A stretch of 64,000 bases of DNA from a virus, in IMG/VR virus record IMGVR_UViG_3300022924_000001, positions 1 through 64,000 of that record. One strand, 5' to 3'. Below the pieces are notes generated by a model. The model had not been told where the DNA came from and did not search any database. It saw only the letters and a program-made list of their open reading frames with translations. The first letter of the stretch is position 1. Each line of letters opens with the position of its first letter. This document shows, piece after piece, positions 1-7,772 of the stretch. The translations under genes were made by a program, and so were the position numbers.

Positions 1-2741
1 ACCACACCTGTATCGGTAAATGCCTGAAAATCGTTATTGGAGATATCCTCATTAATATTTCTGGCTTCCGGTGCAAGCGCGCTTGCTTTGTCTATAGCGT
101 ACTGCTGGGTGATACGCGTAAAGAAGTCCTGCGTATATTCATCCATTGATTTACCGCTATTGATAATCTTGGATAAAATACTGCTTTGATCCTGAGGTTT
201 GTAGTTTGGACTGGATAGTGCTCTGGCAGTATCATCAAAAGCCTTAAACTGTTCTACAGACCTATTATATTCTTTTATTAGTTTGCCTATTTTTAAATGT
301 GCCTGCGGGTTAGTGGTTTTAAGGTTATCTATCAGCTTATTTAACCTTCCTAAGTTCTCTTCTGTATTGTTTAGGTCTTCCTCGCCGACTAACATATCGT
401 TCTTTATAAACGGATTTTCTATTTTTGCGGTGTTGAGTAATACATTTCTTTGCTGTAATAGTTCAGAACTCTCATTACCCAAGTCAACTATTCTCTGGGA
501 TATTGCTGCATATCTTTGATTGTAATCTACATTTTCCTCTCGTCCCTGTTTATACCTTTCCAAAGATAAAAGTTCTCTTTCCAGAGCCTTCTTTTTATTT
601 TGGGCGGCTTTTATCTTTCTGTTTGTACTGTAATATTCTTTAGAGGTAGCACCACTGGCATTTTTTAAAACATTATCTATATCTAGAGCGTTAGTAAACA
701 TAGTATCAGAGAAATTACCGAGTACCTCCTGTTTTATGGAACCCAGCAGATCTGTCTGTAAATTGCCTGTTACCTCTCCCATTGTAAGATTATAGGTAAT
801 GGCTTCCACAATTGCCTGTTTATCGGTAAAACCCGATTGTTTGGCACCTACAAACTCTCCCTGTCCTGTTATGGCTTCTGCAAAATCCCTGTTCTTCTCA
901 TAAGAATTAGATAAAGTAGTGTATTCTTCGAGCGTGCGGCTTTTGAACTCGTCTATGTTGTCTAGCTCTATACCTGCTTCCTTAAACTGCTCTGGGGTCA
1001 TAGTATCCAAAGACATGCGCAGGTCTTCAATATCCTCGGCGCTGTCCCTTTTTATATTCCTGTTGAAGTTAAGGCGGGAAAACATTTTGTCGTTTCTCGC
1101 TATTTCTCCACCTACCAAGTCATTGTTGGCAGTGGCTTTATCTTCTCTCTCTTGTGCTCCCTGTATTTGGTTGGTCATAGCCAATCGTTTTACAAGAAGG
1201 TTGCCGGAAAAAGTATTTAGTCCTGCCACACTCTGTTCAACTTCTTTTCTTCTTTTGTCTATTTCGCCTGCCCCCCCGGTAAGGTTTCCTGTGAGACCTC
1301 CGCCTATAACAGTTATAAGCGCAGCTGTTCCAAGTTCTTCCCATCCTTCAGAAGTACCGTAGGTCTTTGACATGGCATTATACACCATCCCCATCAAATC
1401 GAGATTCTCTGCCGTGTATTTAGGGTTATAAGTACTTTGTATCCAGTTGTTGGCTACCTTATTGGTAACATTTTGAAGCCCTTCCTCAAACAATACCTCT
1501 GATGCGAGATTACGTCCCACACCATATACCTTTCCAGCTACATTCTGGAAACGGCTTGCTTTAATAGCTGCTATACCTGATTCTGTAGCTTCAGTTCCTA
1601 TCCCAAATAACGTCCTGTCAAAAGATTTTGCTACTGATTTTAAAGGATTTTTAACACCGAAACTTCCCCCAAGGAATGCAAGATTCGCACCACCTACCAA
1701 GAAATAATTTGTTGCAAAAACAGTGTTGGATGTATTTGCCAAATCATTTTCAAAATTGGCTATATCCTCTTGGTCTGGTTTCCTTCCATTTAGTTTCTCA
1801 AAATTATTGTAAAAATTTTCCTTGGCTTCTTTTTTATAGTGCCACGCTTCTGCTGCGGCCTCCCCCGATGCGGAAGTAAGTCCAAATCTCAGGGTATTTA
1901 TTGCTTCCCCTATTTTAGAACCTAATATAGCCCCTTCCCTGTTTAAAACAGCCGCTTTTAACGGTTGTTTAATAAAGGACTTGAACTTATTCAGCGCTCC
2001 GAACGTTTCTTCTGTTACACGGGCTGCTGTACCTAATTCCGCTCCTATTCTTGCTCCTCTCAGCGCTAATGAACTTCCTCCGGTAGCATAAGCCCAAGCC
2101 GCTTCTGATACAACAGTACCTAAAGTAAAGGCTGTCCCTGCAAGAACATCGTTTGCCCAGAAATTGGCAGACCCTAGATTTCCGAAAAAACCTGCATCTT
2201 TCTCCTGTTGTGAATAATAATTTGGAAGGTTGTAGTCTAATTTGGTATTCCAGTCATCTAATGTCTTCGTGAAGCTATTATCATAGAAAGCTGAGATGCT
2301 TCCCTCTTTGGCTGCCTGTACAAAACCATTCACAAATCCTACAGTATTACCCAGTACAACTACCCCTGTCTTGGTAATTGTTTTGCCTAAACCATTAAGC
2401 CATTTATCTGTAGTTGATTGTTGCTGCGCCTGATACTCCTCATTATTTATCCCTGCTTTGAAACTGTCAAATTTTGCATATAATGTTCCATCATTAAGGG
2501 TTGTATAGGCTTCACCTACATTATAGTTTCTTTCTTCAAGACTGGGTTTTTCAATTCCTGCTACACTCTGTCCAAAATAATAGTCATTTTTAGGTGCATA
2601 GTCTTTTGGCATCATTGTAGAGAAATCAGGTGTTGATTCCTTTGCCTGAAGGTCAGCATATAAATTAGATATTTCAGGTTTTACCTGATTAGGTATTACA
2701 GGTACCTGAATATCCGCTATCGCCTGTGGGTTAAAATCCAT
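1..2741 (-). CDS. large virion protein, N-terminal 913 codons (gene runs off the window start); tape-measure/ejection-protein-like
   Basis: The minus-strand frame is uninterrupted from the ATG at 2739-2741 (MDFNPQAIADIQVP...) to position 1. It is absent from the ORF track only because it has no stop in the window. The start overlaps the stop of the 917-aa gene (TAATG). It has Gly/Ala-rich hydrophobic segments (GTAFTLGTVVSEAAWAYATGGSSLAL; LITVIGGGLTGNLTGGAG) and long coiled-coil-like stretches. Confidence 0.75.
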   Translation of the reverse strand, partial: MDFNPQAIADIQVPVIPNQVKPEISNLYADLQAKESTPDFSTMMPKDYAPKNDYYFGQSVAGIEKPSLEERNYNVGEAYTTLNDGTLYAKFDSFKAGINNEEYQAQQQSTTDKWLNGLGKTITKTGVVVLGNTVGFVNGFVQAAKEGSISAFYDNSFTKTLDDWNTKLDYNLPNYYSQQEKDAGFFGNLGSANFWANDVLAGTAFTLGTVVSEAAWAYATGGSSLALRGARIGAELGTAARVTEETFGALNKFKSFIKQPLKAAVLNREGAILGSKIGEAINTLRFGLTSASGEAAAEAWHYKKEAKENFYNNFEKLNGRKPDQEDIANFENDLANTSNTVFATNYFLVGGANLAFLGGSFGVKNPLKSVAKSFDRTLFGIGTEATESGIAAIKASRFQNVAGKVYGVGRNLASEVLFEEGLQNVTNKVANNWIQSTYNPKYTAENLDLMGMVYNAMSKTYGTSEGWEELGTAALITVIGGGLTGNLTGGAGEIDKRRKEVEQSVAGLNTFSGNLLVKRLAMTNQIQGAQEREDKATANNDLVGGEIARNDKMFSRLNFNRNIKRDSAEDIEDLRMSLDTMTPEQFKEAGIELDNIDEFKSRTLEEYTTLSNSYEKNRDFAEAITGQGEFVGAKQSGFTDKQAIVEAITYNLTMGEVTGNLQTDLLGSIKQEVLGNFSDTMFTNALDIDNVLKNASGATSKEYYSTNRKIKAAQNKKKALERELLSLERYKQGREENVDYNQRYAAISQRIVDLGNESSELLQQRNVLLNTAKIENPFIKNDMLVGEEDLNNTEENLGRLNKLIDNLKTTNPQAHLKIGKLIKEYNRSVEQFKAFDDTARALSSPNYKPQDQSSILSKIINSGKSMDEYTQDFFTRITQQYAIDKASALAPEARNINEDISNNDFQAFTDTGV

Positions 2742-5494
2742 TATTGTAAACTTTTTATTAAGTTATCCACTTCTGTTTCTGTTGGGTTGTCTATAAGGTA
2801 TCTAAGGACTCCTTCAGAGACCAAAACTTGTGGATAGTTTTTAACCAGATATGGGATATCATCCTGAAGATATTGCATTCCTGTATCACCTTCAGTTAAG
2901 GTTTTTCCATTTGAAGTTGCTAGATTGATTGCCCAAGTACCGTCAAATGGCTTAACTGTCGGTACAAATTTATTAAGGTTTTCAGACATGGAATTGACCA
3001 GCGTCTCTAGTTTGGCTTCAGGGATTTTATTCTTCAGCGCTGCCTTATAGACATCCAATGTTCTTTGTTCTGTCAAAAAATTGTTGGGAGGAGCTACAAA
3101 ACCTTTCCTTATTTCGGGGGATATGTTATTTATGTAAGTATCCGCTTTTCCAAGCAGTGTTTTTTTGGTGTTGTCCAAGTAGTTTATATTTCTTCCCGGC
3201 GTTATTTTTATGCTGGTTCTTTGTGCGTCAAGTCCTTGCTGGTTACTGCTGGTCTGAGCATACTTTATAAGTTCTTTATAAGCAGCATCTTCTTTACCTA
3301 CAACAACCTGAGCTGATACTTTTTTAGTGCTTTCTTTTCCGTCTGTGTAACCTTTATTCTGCACTATAGTTAATGTTTCATCCTCATTTTTGTAGAAGGA
3401 GAGCGGTGCTTTTTCAGTAAACACCTGTGTATCATCTGTCTGAGGTATCATATTTATAATACGTTTCCTTAACGGTTCACTTCCTATTGTGGCTATATTG
3501 GAAGTATTGAAGTAAGTGGTCTGACCCGCAACGGTTTTTCTGTTAAGATCTGTATTGGCAACATCTGTAGCCTCATTTTTTAAATCCTGCCTTACAAAGT
3601 TTGCTGAGGGTATTCTGGCACTTCTGCTGGTAAGCCCATTAAGTATATCTGCAAATTGGGAAAGTTTTACTTTGTCTGTTGTAAGTACTTTCTTAAGGTT
3701 ATCCCAACCACCGTTTGTATCAACAAAGGTTTTGGCTTTGCTGTATAATTGAGCGTCTCTTCTGGCAGAATCGCCTACTGTAACATCTCCTAATGTACCC
3801 AAAGTTACTGTGTCAAGTGCAGTGTCTAAAATAGAAGCTGTTCTGTTTGCAACTGACGAGTCTACATTGGCAGATTTCATTTCATCTCGAAGAGATTGGA
3901 TATAGGTATCTGGTTTTTTGGCAAAGGTATTGGTGAGCGCATCCCCTTTTACCCCCCAGTATTCATTTGCAAGTGAGTTTCTTTTTACTTCTATTCCTGC
4001 AAGCTGTTTGGCCACATCCCCATAGACAGCCCCTACATTGGAAGCATCAAATGCCATTTTCATAGCTAAAGACTTAGGGAATTGTGCAGCTGTTTTTTCT
4101 TTTCCGCTCAAAACGTTTCCTTGCGCATCATACCCCATCTTATTCATCTCCGAAGCATAATGCTCTTTTATATCAGGACTTACTCGGTCGCTGTTAACAG
4201 TGTTACCTATTAAACTTACCATTTCGGCTGTTGTTGACAAATATTCTTTTTCTAAACCTTTAAATGGGTCTATCTCATTCTCTAAAGCCCCTTCTCTGGC
4301 AGCAGTTGTGATAGCTCCACTTGCATTTACAGCGTTACCCTGTGCATCAACTCCAAGCTCCTGTTGTAGTTTTGCTATTTCCAAGGCGCTTTTGGTCATG
4401 TCAAGACCAAATTTCTGCTGGGCTCTTTGTTCTTCTGATTGTTGGATTTCTAATCCTGCCTTGGCAAAATAGTATTCATCCTTATTTATTTCCTGAGACC
4501 ACTTGGCCTGCGCCATATTGGCAATACCTGATTTCCAATTTTCTTTTTCCAGAAAACCTCCTAAAGTTACAGGGTCGTTTAAATCTAAAGAAGATAATTC
4601 ACTATTTGTCTGTTCTTTTTGCCTGATATAGGCATCCATTTTTACCTGAGCTTCTTTCTTCTGGCTGTCAGGGATAGCCGAATTATTTATAAACGCTCTT
4701 TGATTGCTTATATTCTCATCTATATTAGCATTTATAGAAGTCTTATAGGCTTCAAAGTTCCTTTGTGCTAACGGTAATTGATCTTTGTATTTTGCCCAGC
4801 CATTTATTTTCAACTGCTGGTCTTCTTGACTTGTCAGTATGTTTGGAATGTACTCAAATATCTCCTGAGAGGTAAGCCCATCTATTGTTCTTTTTATCAT
4901 CCTACCCGGGTTTTGGGGATCAGGTGTTTCTATAACTTGTTTACCTCGTAAATCTTTTAAGTCTTTTATCTTCTTTAGTTGTGTAGCTGTGACATCTACA
5001 TAAGGGTTATAATTTAAATTTCCAATAGTATCCGTCTGGCCTGTCAACCACTGATCTGCACCCCCTTGAGCTAAACTGAAACTGTAATTAGCATCATTGT
5101 AAGTGTTTGGGTCTTTTTCTCTTAATTTGGCGACATTTGCATTGTAAGCGTCTATTTTCTGTCCTTGTGCTACAGCATTGATTGTCTGCGAATCTAGTGC
5201 CGAATGTATCTGATTTGTAATATTTCTTGTTACCCCCGGATTATCTAAGGCTAACTTACCGCTATTATTCACCTGAGCTAACAGGCTCTGCACATTGTTA
5301 GCCAAGTGTTGACGGTCTTTGTCTCTTTTTAATAAGCTGTCTATTTTTCCTAGTTCAGCAAGTCCCTGATCTATCTGCATTACAGATGTATCAAAACGCC
5401 CTTGCTTGGCAGCCATTACGGTATTTATTAATCCTAGGTTTACAGGATCTTGTACTTTGTTAAATGAATCAGGAGTCGATAAATAGTTAGCCAT
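2741..5494 (-). CDS. large virion protein (917 aa), function unknown
   Basis: Long ORF whose stop overlaps the next start. It is Q/N-rich and coiled-coil-like, and a late promoter architecture lies at 5514-5564. Confidence 0.8.
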   Translation of the reverse strand: MANYLSTPDSFNKVQDPVNLGLINTVMAAKQGRFDTSVMQIDQGLAELGKIDSLLKRDKDRQHLANNVQSLLAQVNNSGKLALDNPGVTRNITNQIHSALDSQTINAVAQGQKIDAYNANVAKLREKDPNTYNDANYSFSLAQGGADQWLTGQTDTIGNLNYNPYVDVTATQLKKIKDLKDLRGKQVIETPDPQNPGRMIKRTIDGLTSQEIFEYIPNILTSQEDQQLKINGWAKYKDQLPLAQRNFEAYKTSINANIDENISNQRAFINNSAIPDSQKKEAQVKMDAYIRQKEQTNSELSSLDLNDPVTLGGFLEKENWKSGIANMAQAKWSQEINKDEYYFAKAGLEIQQSEEQRAQQKFGLDMTKSALEIAKLQQELGVDAQGNAVNASGAITTAAREGALENEIDPFKGLEKEYLSTTAEMVSLIGNTVNSDRVSPDIKEHYASEMNKMGYDAQGNVLSGKEKTAAQFPKSLAMKMAFDASNVGAVYGDVAKQLAGIEVKRNSLANEYWGVKGDALTNTFAKKPDTYIQSLRDEMKSANVDSSVANRTASILDTALDTVTLGTLGDVTVGDSARRDAQLYSKAKTFVDTNGGWDNLKKVLTTDKVKLSQFADILNGLTSRSARIPSANFVRQDLKNEATDVANTDLNRKTVAGQTTYFNTSNIATIGSEPLRKRIINMIPQTDDTQVFTEKAPLSFYKNEDETLTIVQNKGYTDGKESTKKVSAQVVVGKEDAAYKELIKYAQTSSNQQGLDAQRTSIKITPGRNINYLDNTKKTLLGKADTYINNISPEIRKGFVAPPNNFLTEQRTLDVYKAALKNKIPEAKLETLVNSMSENLNKFVPTVKPFDGTWAINLATSNGKTLTEGDTGMQYLQDDIPYLVKNYPQVLVSEGVLRYLIDNPTETEVDNLIKSLQ

Positions 5495-5513
5495 TCAATT
5501 AGTTATATAAAAA

Positions 5514-5564
5514 CAAAAGTACCATATTTCTATGGCACTTTAAAATTACTTATCTTATGGGTTT
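5514..5564 (-). promoter_or_regulatory. late promoter (AAACCC-N7-AAGTAATTTTA-N19-TACTTTTG)
   Basis: Minus-strand reading: AAACCCATAAGATAAGTAATTTTA, a 19-nt spacer, then TACTTTTG (TAnnTTTG), 20 nt before the ATG at 5494. One of five copies with identical spacing. Confidence 0.6.
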
Positions 5565-5647
5565 GTATATTATTCGCTTGGTAACAATATACAAATCTCA
5601 CCCAAAAATTAATTGTTTTATTTTTTGAAAATTTTTATATTAGTGTC

Positions 5648-5833
5648 ATGGATAAAGAAGTTAAATTTAAAGTGGGGGATATTTTATATTGGCGGCGTTT
5701 TGAATGCAGCGTAATAATACTTTCTCGCTGGGATAGAACATCTGCTCAAAGAGTTACATGGATGTGCAAAGTATATCCAAACGGAGAAAAGGAATTTCCT
5801 GCTCTAGAATCTGAGTTAGAGGATATTTCTTAG
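5648..5833 (+). CDS. hypothetical protein (61 aa), lone plus-strand ORF
   Basis: ORF track. It converges on and overlaps 5816-6070 by 18 nt. No promoter box was seen. Confidence 0.3.
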   Translation: MDKEVKFKVGDILYWRRFECSVIILSRWDRTSAQRVTWMCKVYPNGEKEFPALESELEDIS

Positions 5834-6070
5834 TTTCAATTCTAGTATCGCTCGCTCTAGTGTCAATTCTTCTCCACTGTTTCTATCTGTTATTTTATAT
5901 CTGGAAGGCTGTGATTGAAACAAGTATATTGGAACCATACTCCTAAATAGTATTTCTGTATCGTCTTTTGCATAACCTAATACAATATCCTCTATTCGTG
6001 TCAAATCATCTGGCTCTCCTTTATAATCTTCAATTCCTGAACTCCAACCATCTGGTAATTCTCTATTCAT
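5816..6070 (-). CDS. hypothetical protein (84 aa)
   Basis: ORF track. Its start overlaps the stop of the upstream gene 6067-6306 (ATGA-type coupling). Confidence 0.55.
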   Translation of the reverse strand: MNRELPDGWSSGIEDYKGEPDDLTRIEDIVLGYAKDDTEILFRSMVPIYLFQSQPSRYKITDRNSGEELTLERAILELKLRNIL

Positions 6071-6306
6071 ACGCTTTGATTTAATTCTACAGTTGTAGTA
6101 GTTGTAAAAGATATTTTTACGACTTCACCATTTTTTATCCTATCTGTTTCTTCTTTGCTTAAATTTTTTATTTCCGGCGGAAAATTTGAATTCTGCAAAT
6201 CATCCAAATCTAATTTCCCTTCGGACATATAGTCAACATCAAGTGAATTTGTATCCAAGTGTTTACTAGTTTTATTACTCTTTTTTACAATCTTAAACTT
6301 GTACAT
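6067..6306 (-). CDS. hypothetical protein (79 aa)
   Basis: ORF track, packed in a same-strand array. Confidence 0.55.
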   Translation of the reverse strand: MYKFKIVKKSNKTSKHLDTNSLDVDYMSEGKLDLDDLQNSNFPPEIKNLSKEETDRIKNGEVVKISFTTTTTVELNQSV

Positions 6307-6318
6307 TTATTTTTAGTT

Positions 6319-6573
6319 TTAAGTTGATACATAAATCCAATAGGTTCTTCCATCTATGATAGGGTACTGGTTTTCTTCATCATTAATATACTGTTTGTCA
6401 AGAGTTTTTAGTAATTCCATTGGTGTAATATTAACCTCCATTACCAACGTCTTAAGAGCATATCTGAGATATGTTTCTTTGTGTGTTGCGTATTTTTTAT
6501 TACTTTTATTTCCTGTATCGTAAAAAGAGTGTATAACCATAAGTTTTAATTTAAAACCGAAACAAGTATGCAA
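6319..6573 (-). CDS. hypothetical protein (84 aa; the internal ATG at 6538-6540 would give 73 aa without overlap)
   Basis: ORF track. The alternative start avoids a 28-nt overlap with 6546-6857. Confidence 0.5.
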   Translation of the reverse strand: MHTCFGFKLKLMVIHSFYDTGNKSNKKYATHKETYLRYALKTLVMEVNITPMELLKTLDKQYINDEENQYPIIDGRTYWIYVST

Positions 6574-6857
6574 AAATATAATATCGCAATAAGCAAATGT
6601 AGTGCTTCTACATACTCTCTGGCTTTTTCTGGCGTAGAAAGATTTTCTTCCAAGGAGTCTTTAAAACGTCTCTTAAAATTTATTTTTGGTTTTACTTCAA
6701 ACTCGTAACTCTCCTTCACAATACCTAAAACTTTTTCTCCTTTGTTTCTTTCTGCGGCTATTTTATTTGCCTCTTTCCACGAAGTAGTGTATATGGAATC
6801 ACTTTTAAGTATTCCATTTTCTATATACTCTGTTATATACTCTTCTACTTTTTTCAT
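6546..6857 (-). CDS. hypothetical protein (103 aa) with hydrophobic C-terminal anchor
   Basis: ORF track; C-terminus LLIAILYFCILVSVL. Confidence 0.55.
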   Translation of the reverse strand: MKKVEEYITEYIENGILKSDSIYTTSWKEANKIAAERNKGEKVLGIVKESYEFEVKPKINFKRRFKDSLEENLSTPEKAREYVEALHLLIAILYFCILVSVLN

Positions 6858-6858
6858 G

Positions 6859-7029
6859 TTATGCTTTTAGGCTTGATATGGCTTTTATGAGAAGTCCAAT
6901 ATGTCTTTTAACGCGTACCATATCACCCTTATCGTAAAAATTTGATATTACTTTTGCACTAATTAATGTTAAGTTATCCGTTGGCGACAGTTTTTTTAAT
7001 TTGTCATTTTCTACATAATCTTTCAGCAT
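6859..7029 (-). CDS. hypothetical small protein (56 aa)
   Basis: Read by hand: MLKDYVENDKLKKLSPTDNLTLISAKVISNFYDKGDMVRVKRHIGLLIKAISSLKA. It is below the track length cutoff. The stop lies 1 nt from the next start. Confidence 0.4.
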   Translation of the reverse strand: MLKDYVENDKLKKLSPTDNLTLISAKVISNFYDKGDMVRVKRHIGLLIKAISSLKA

Positions 7030-7060
7030 GGTAATATACTTTTGTTATATTAATATTAAA

Positions 7061-7188
7061 GTAATACTTTTACTAGGGTACAGTAAAGGCACTTTTGGAA
7101 AACAAAGTCCAATTTAATACGACTCTACTGATGATTATGAAACACTTCTACAAACTTACCAATACGTGTACCCTAGTAAAAGTATTAC
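7061..7188. repeat. perfect 21-bp inverted repeat flanking an 86-nt spacer
   Basis: GTAATACTTTTACTAGGGTAC (7061-7081) is the exact reverse complement of 7168-7188. The element is intergenic. Confidence 0.9.
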
Positions 7189-7227
7189 TATTTTATTTTC
7201 TTATATCTTTACTTCTTCAATATAAAT

Positions 7228-7485
7228 TTACTGTTCCTGATTTTTTATAGGGTTTTTAATAATACTATAGCCTATACTGTATTTGGTAAAGTAGCTAGAC
7301 AGTGACCTTAATACAAAACCTGTTGTTGTTATAATTTCGACTTCTGCCATAAAATCTTCTTTTTCTATTTTTGGGCATACAGTCGTTGTTGTAAACTTTA
7401 AATCAATATTGCCAACCTCGCAGAATCTATTTATACTTTGAACCAACTTGATAAAAATATGCTTTGTGATGTTATTTTCTCTCAT
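7228..7485 (-). CDS. hypothetical protein (85 aa)
   Basis: ORF track, same-strand array. Confidence 0.5.
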   Translation of the reverse strand: MRENNITKHIFIKLVQSINRFCEVGNIDLKFTTTTVCPKIEKEDFMAEVEIITTTGFVLRSLSSYFTKYSIGYSIIKNPIKNQEQ

Positions 7486-7497
7486 GTTTTTGTGTGG

Positions 7498-7698
7498 TTA
7501 AGCTATAACTGCCTTAGTTTTTAATCTTTTCCTTGCCTGCTTTAATACGTCCTCGGCAAAGCCTAAATCATCTCCTTTAAATAAATCGACTACAGCCCTT
7601 ATCTTAACATCATAAGGGTTTGTTTCTTTGTTGTATTCTCCAACTTTATTTTGTTTTTCTGAGTCTACAATGTGAACCCCTAAATTTTGTGCTTCCAT
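7498..7698 (-). CDS. hypothetical protein (66 aa)
   Basis: ORF track, same-strand array. Confidence 0.5.
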   Translation of the reverse strand: MEAQNLGVHIVDSEKQNKVGEYNKETNPYDVKIRAVVDLFKGDDLGFAEDVLKQARKRLKTKAVIA

Positions 7699-7772
7699 TA
7701 TGATTATGAATCATTTATTAATAATGTAAAGATATAGAAATTTTAAGTATAATTACTTATTTTAACTTATAT

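Noticed and set aside
919-1362. Plus-strand ORFs lying inside the long minus-strand genes (e.g. 283-519, 919-1362, 3058-3316, 4200-4626, 13712-14134, 26672-26944, 30589-31038, 35812-36192, 39445-39843, 46539-46985, 47154-47714).
   Set aside because: They are antisense shadow frames fully contained in much longer, motif-bearing ORFs. Their compositions are low-complexity S/L/P/F-rich, as expected for the reverse frame of AT-rich coding DNA.
7115-7134. T7-type promoter (TAATACGACTC...).
   Set aside because: The match stops at 11 nt (TAATACGACTCTACTG versus TAATACGACTCACTATAG). No single-subunit RNA polymerase gene is visible in this window. It is kept only as part of the low-interest TTTAATACG observation.
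7127-7142. CTGATGA...GAAAC (CTGATGATTATGAAAC), a possible second hammerhead core.
   Set aside because: Only 4 nt separate the two core halves, so no stem II is possible, and no flanking stems I or III could be drawn.
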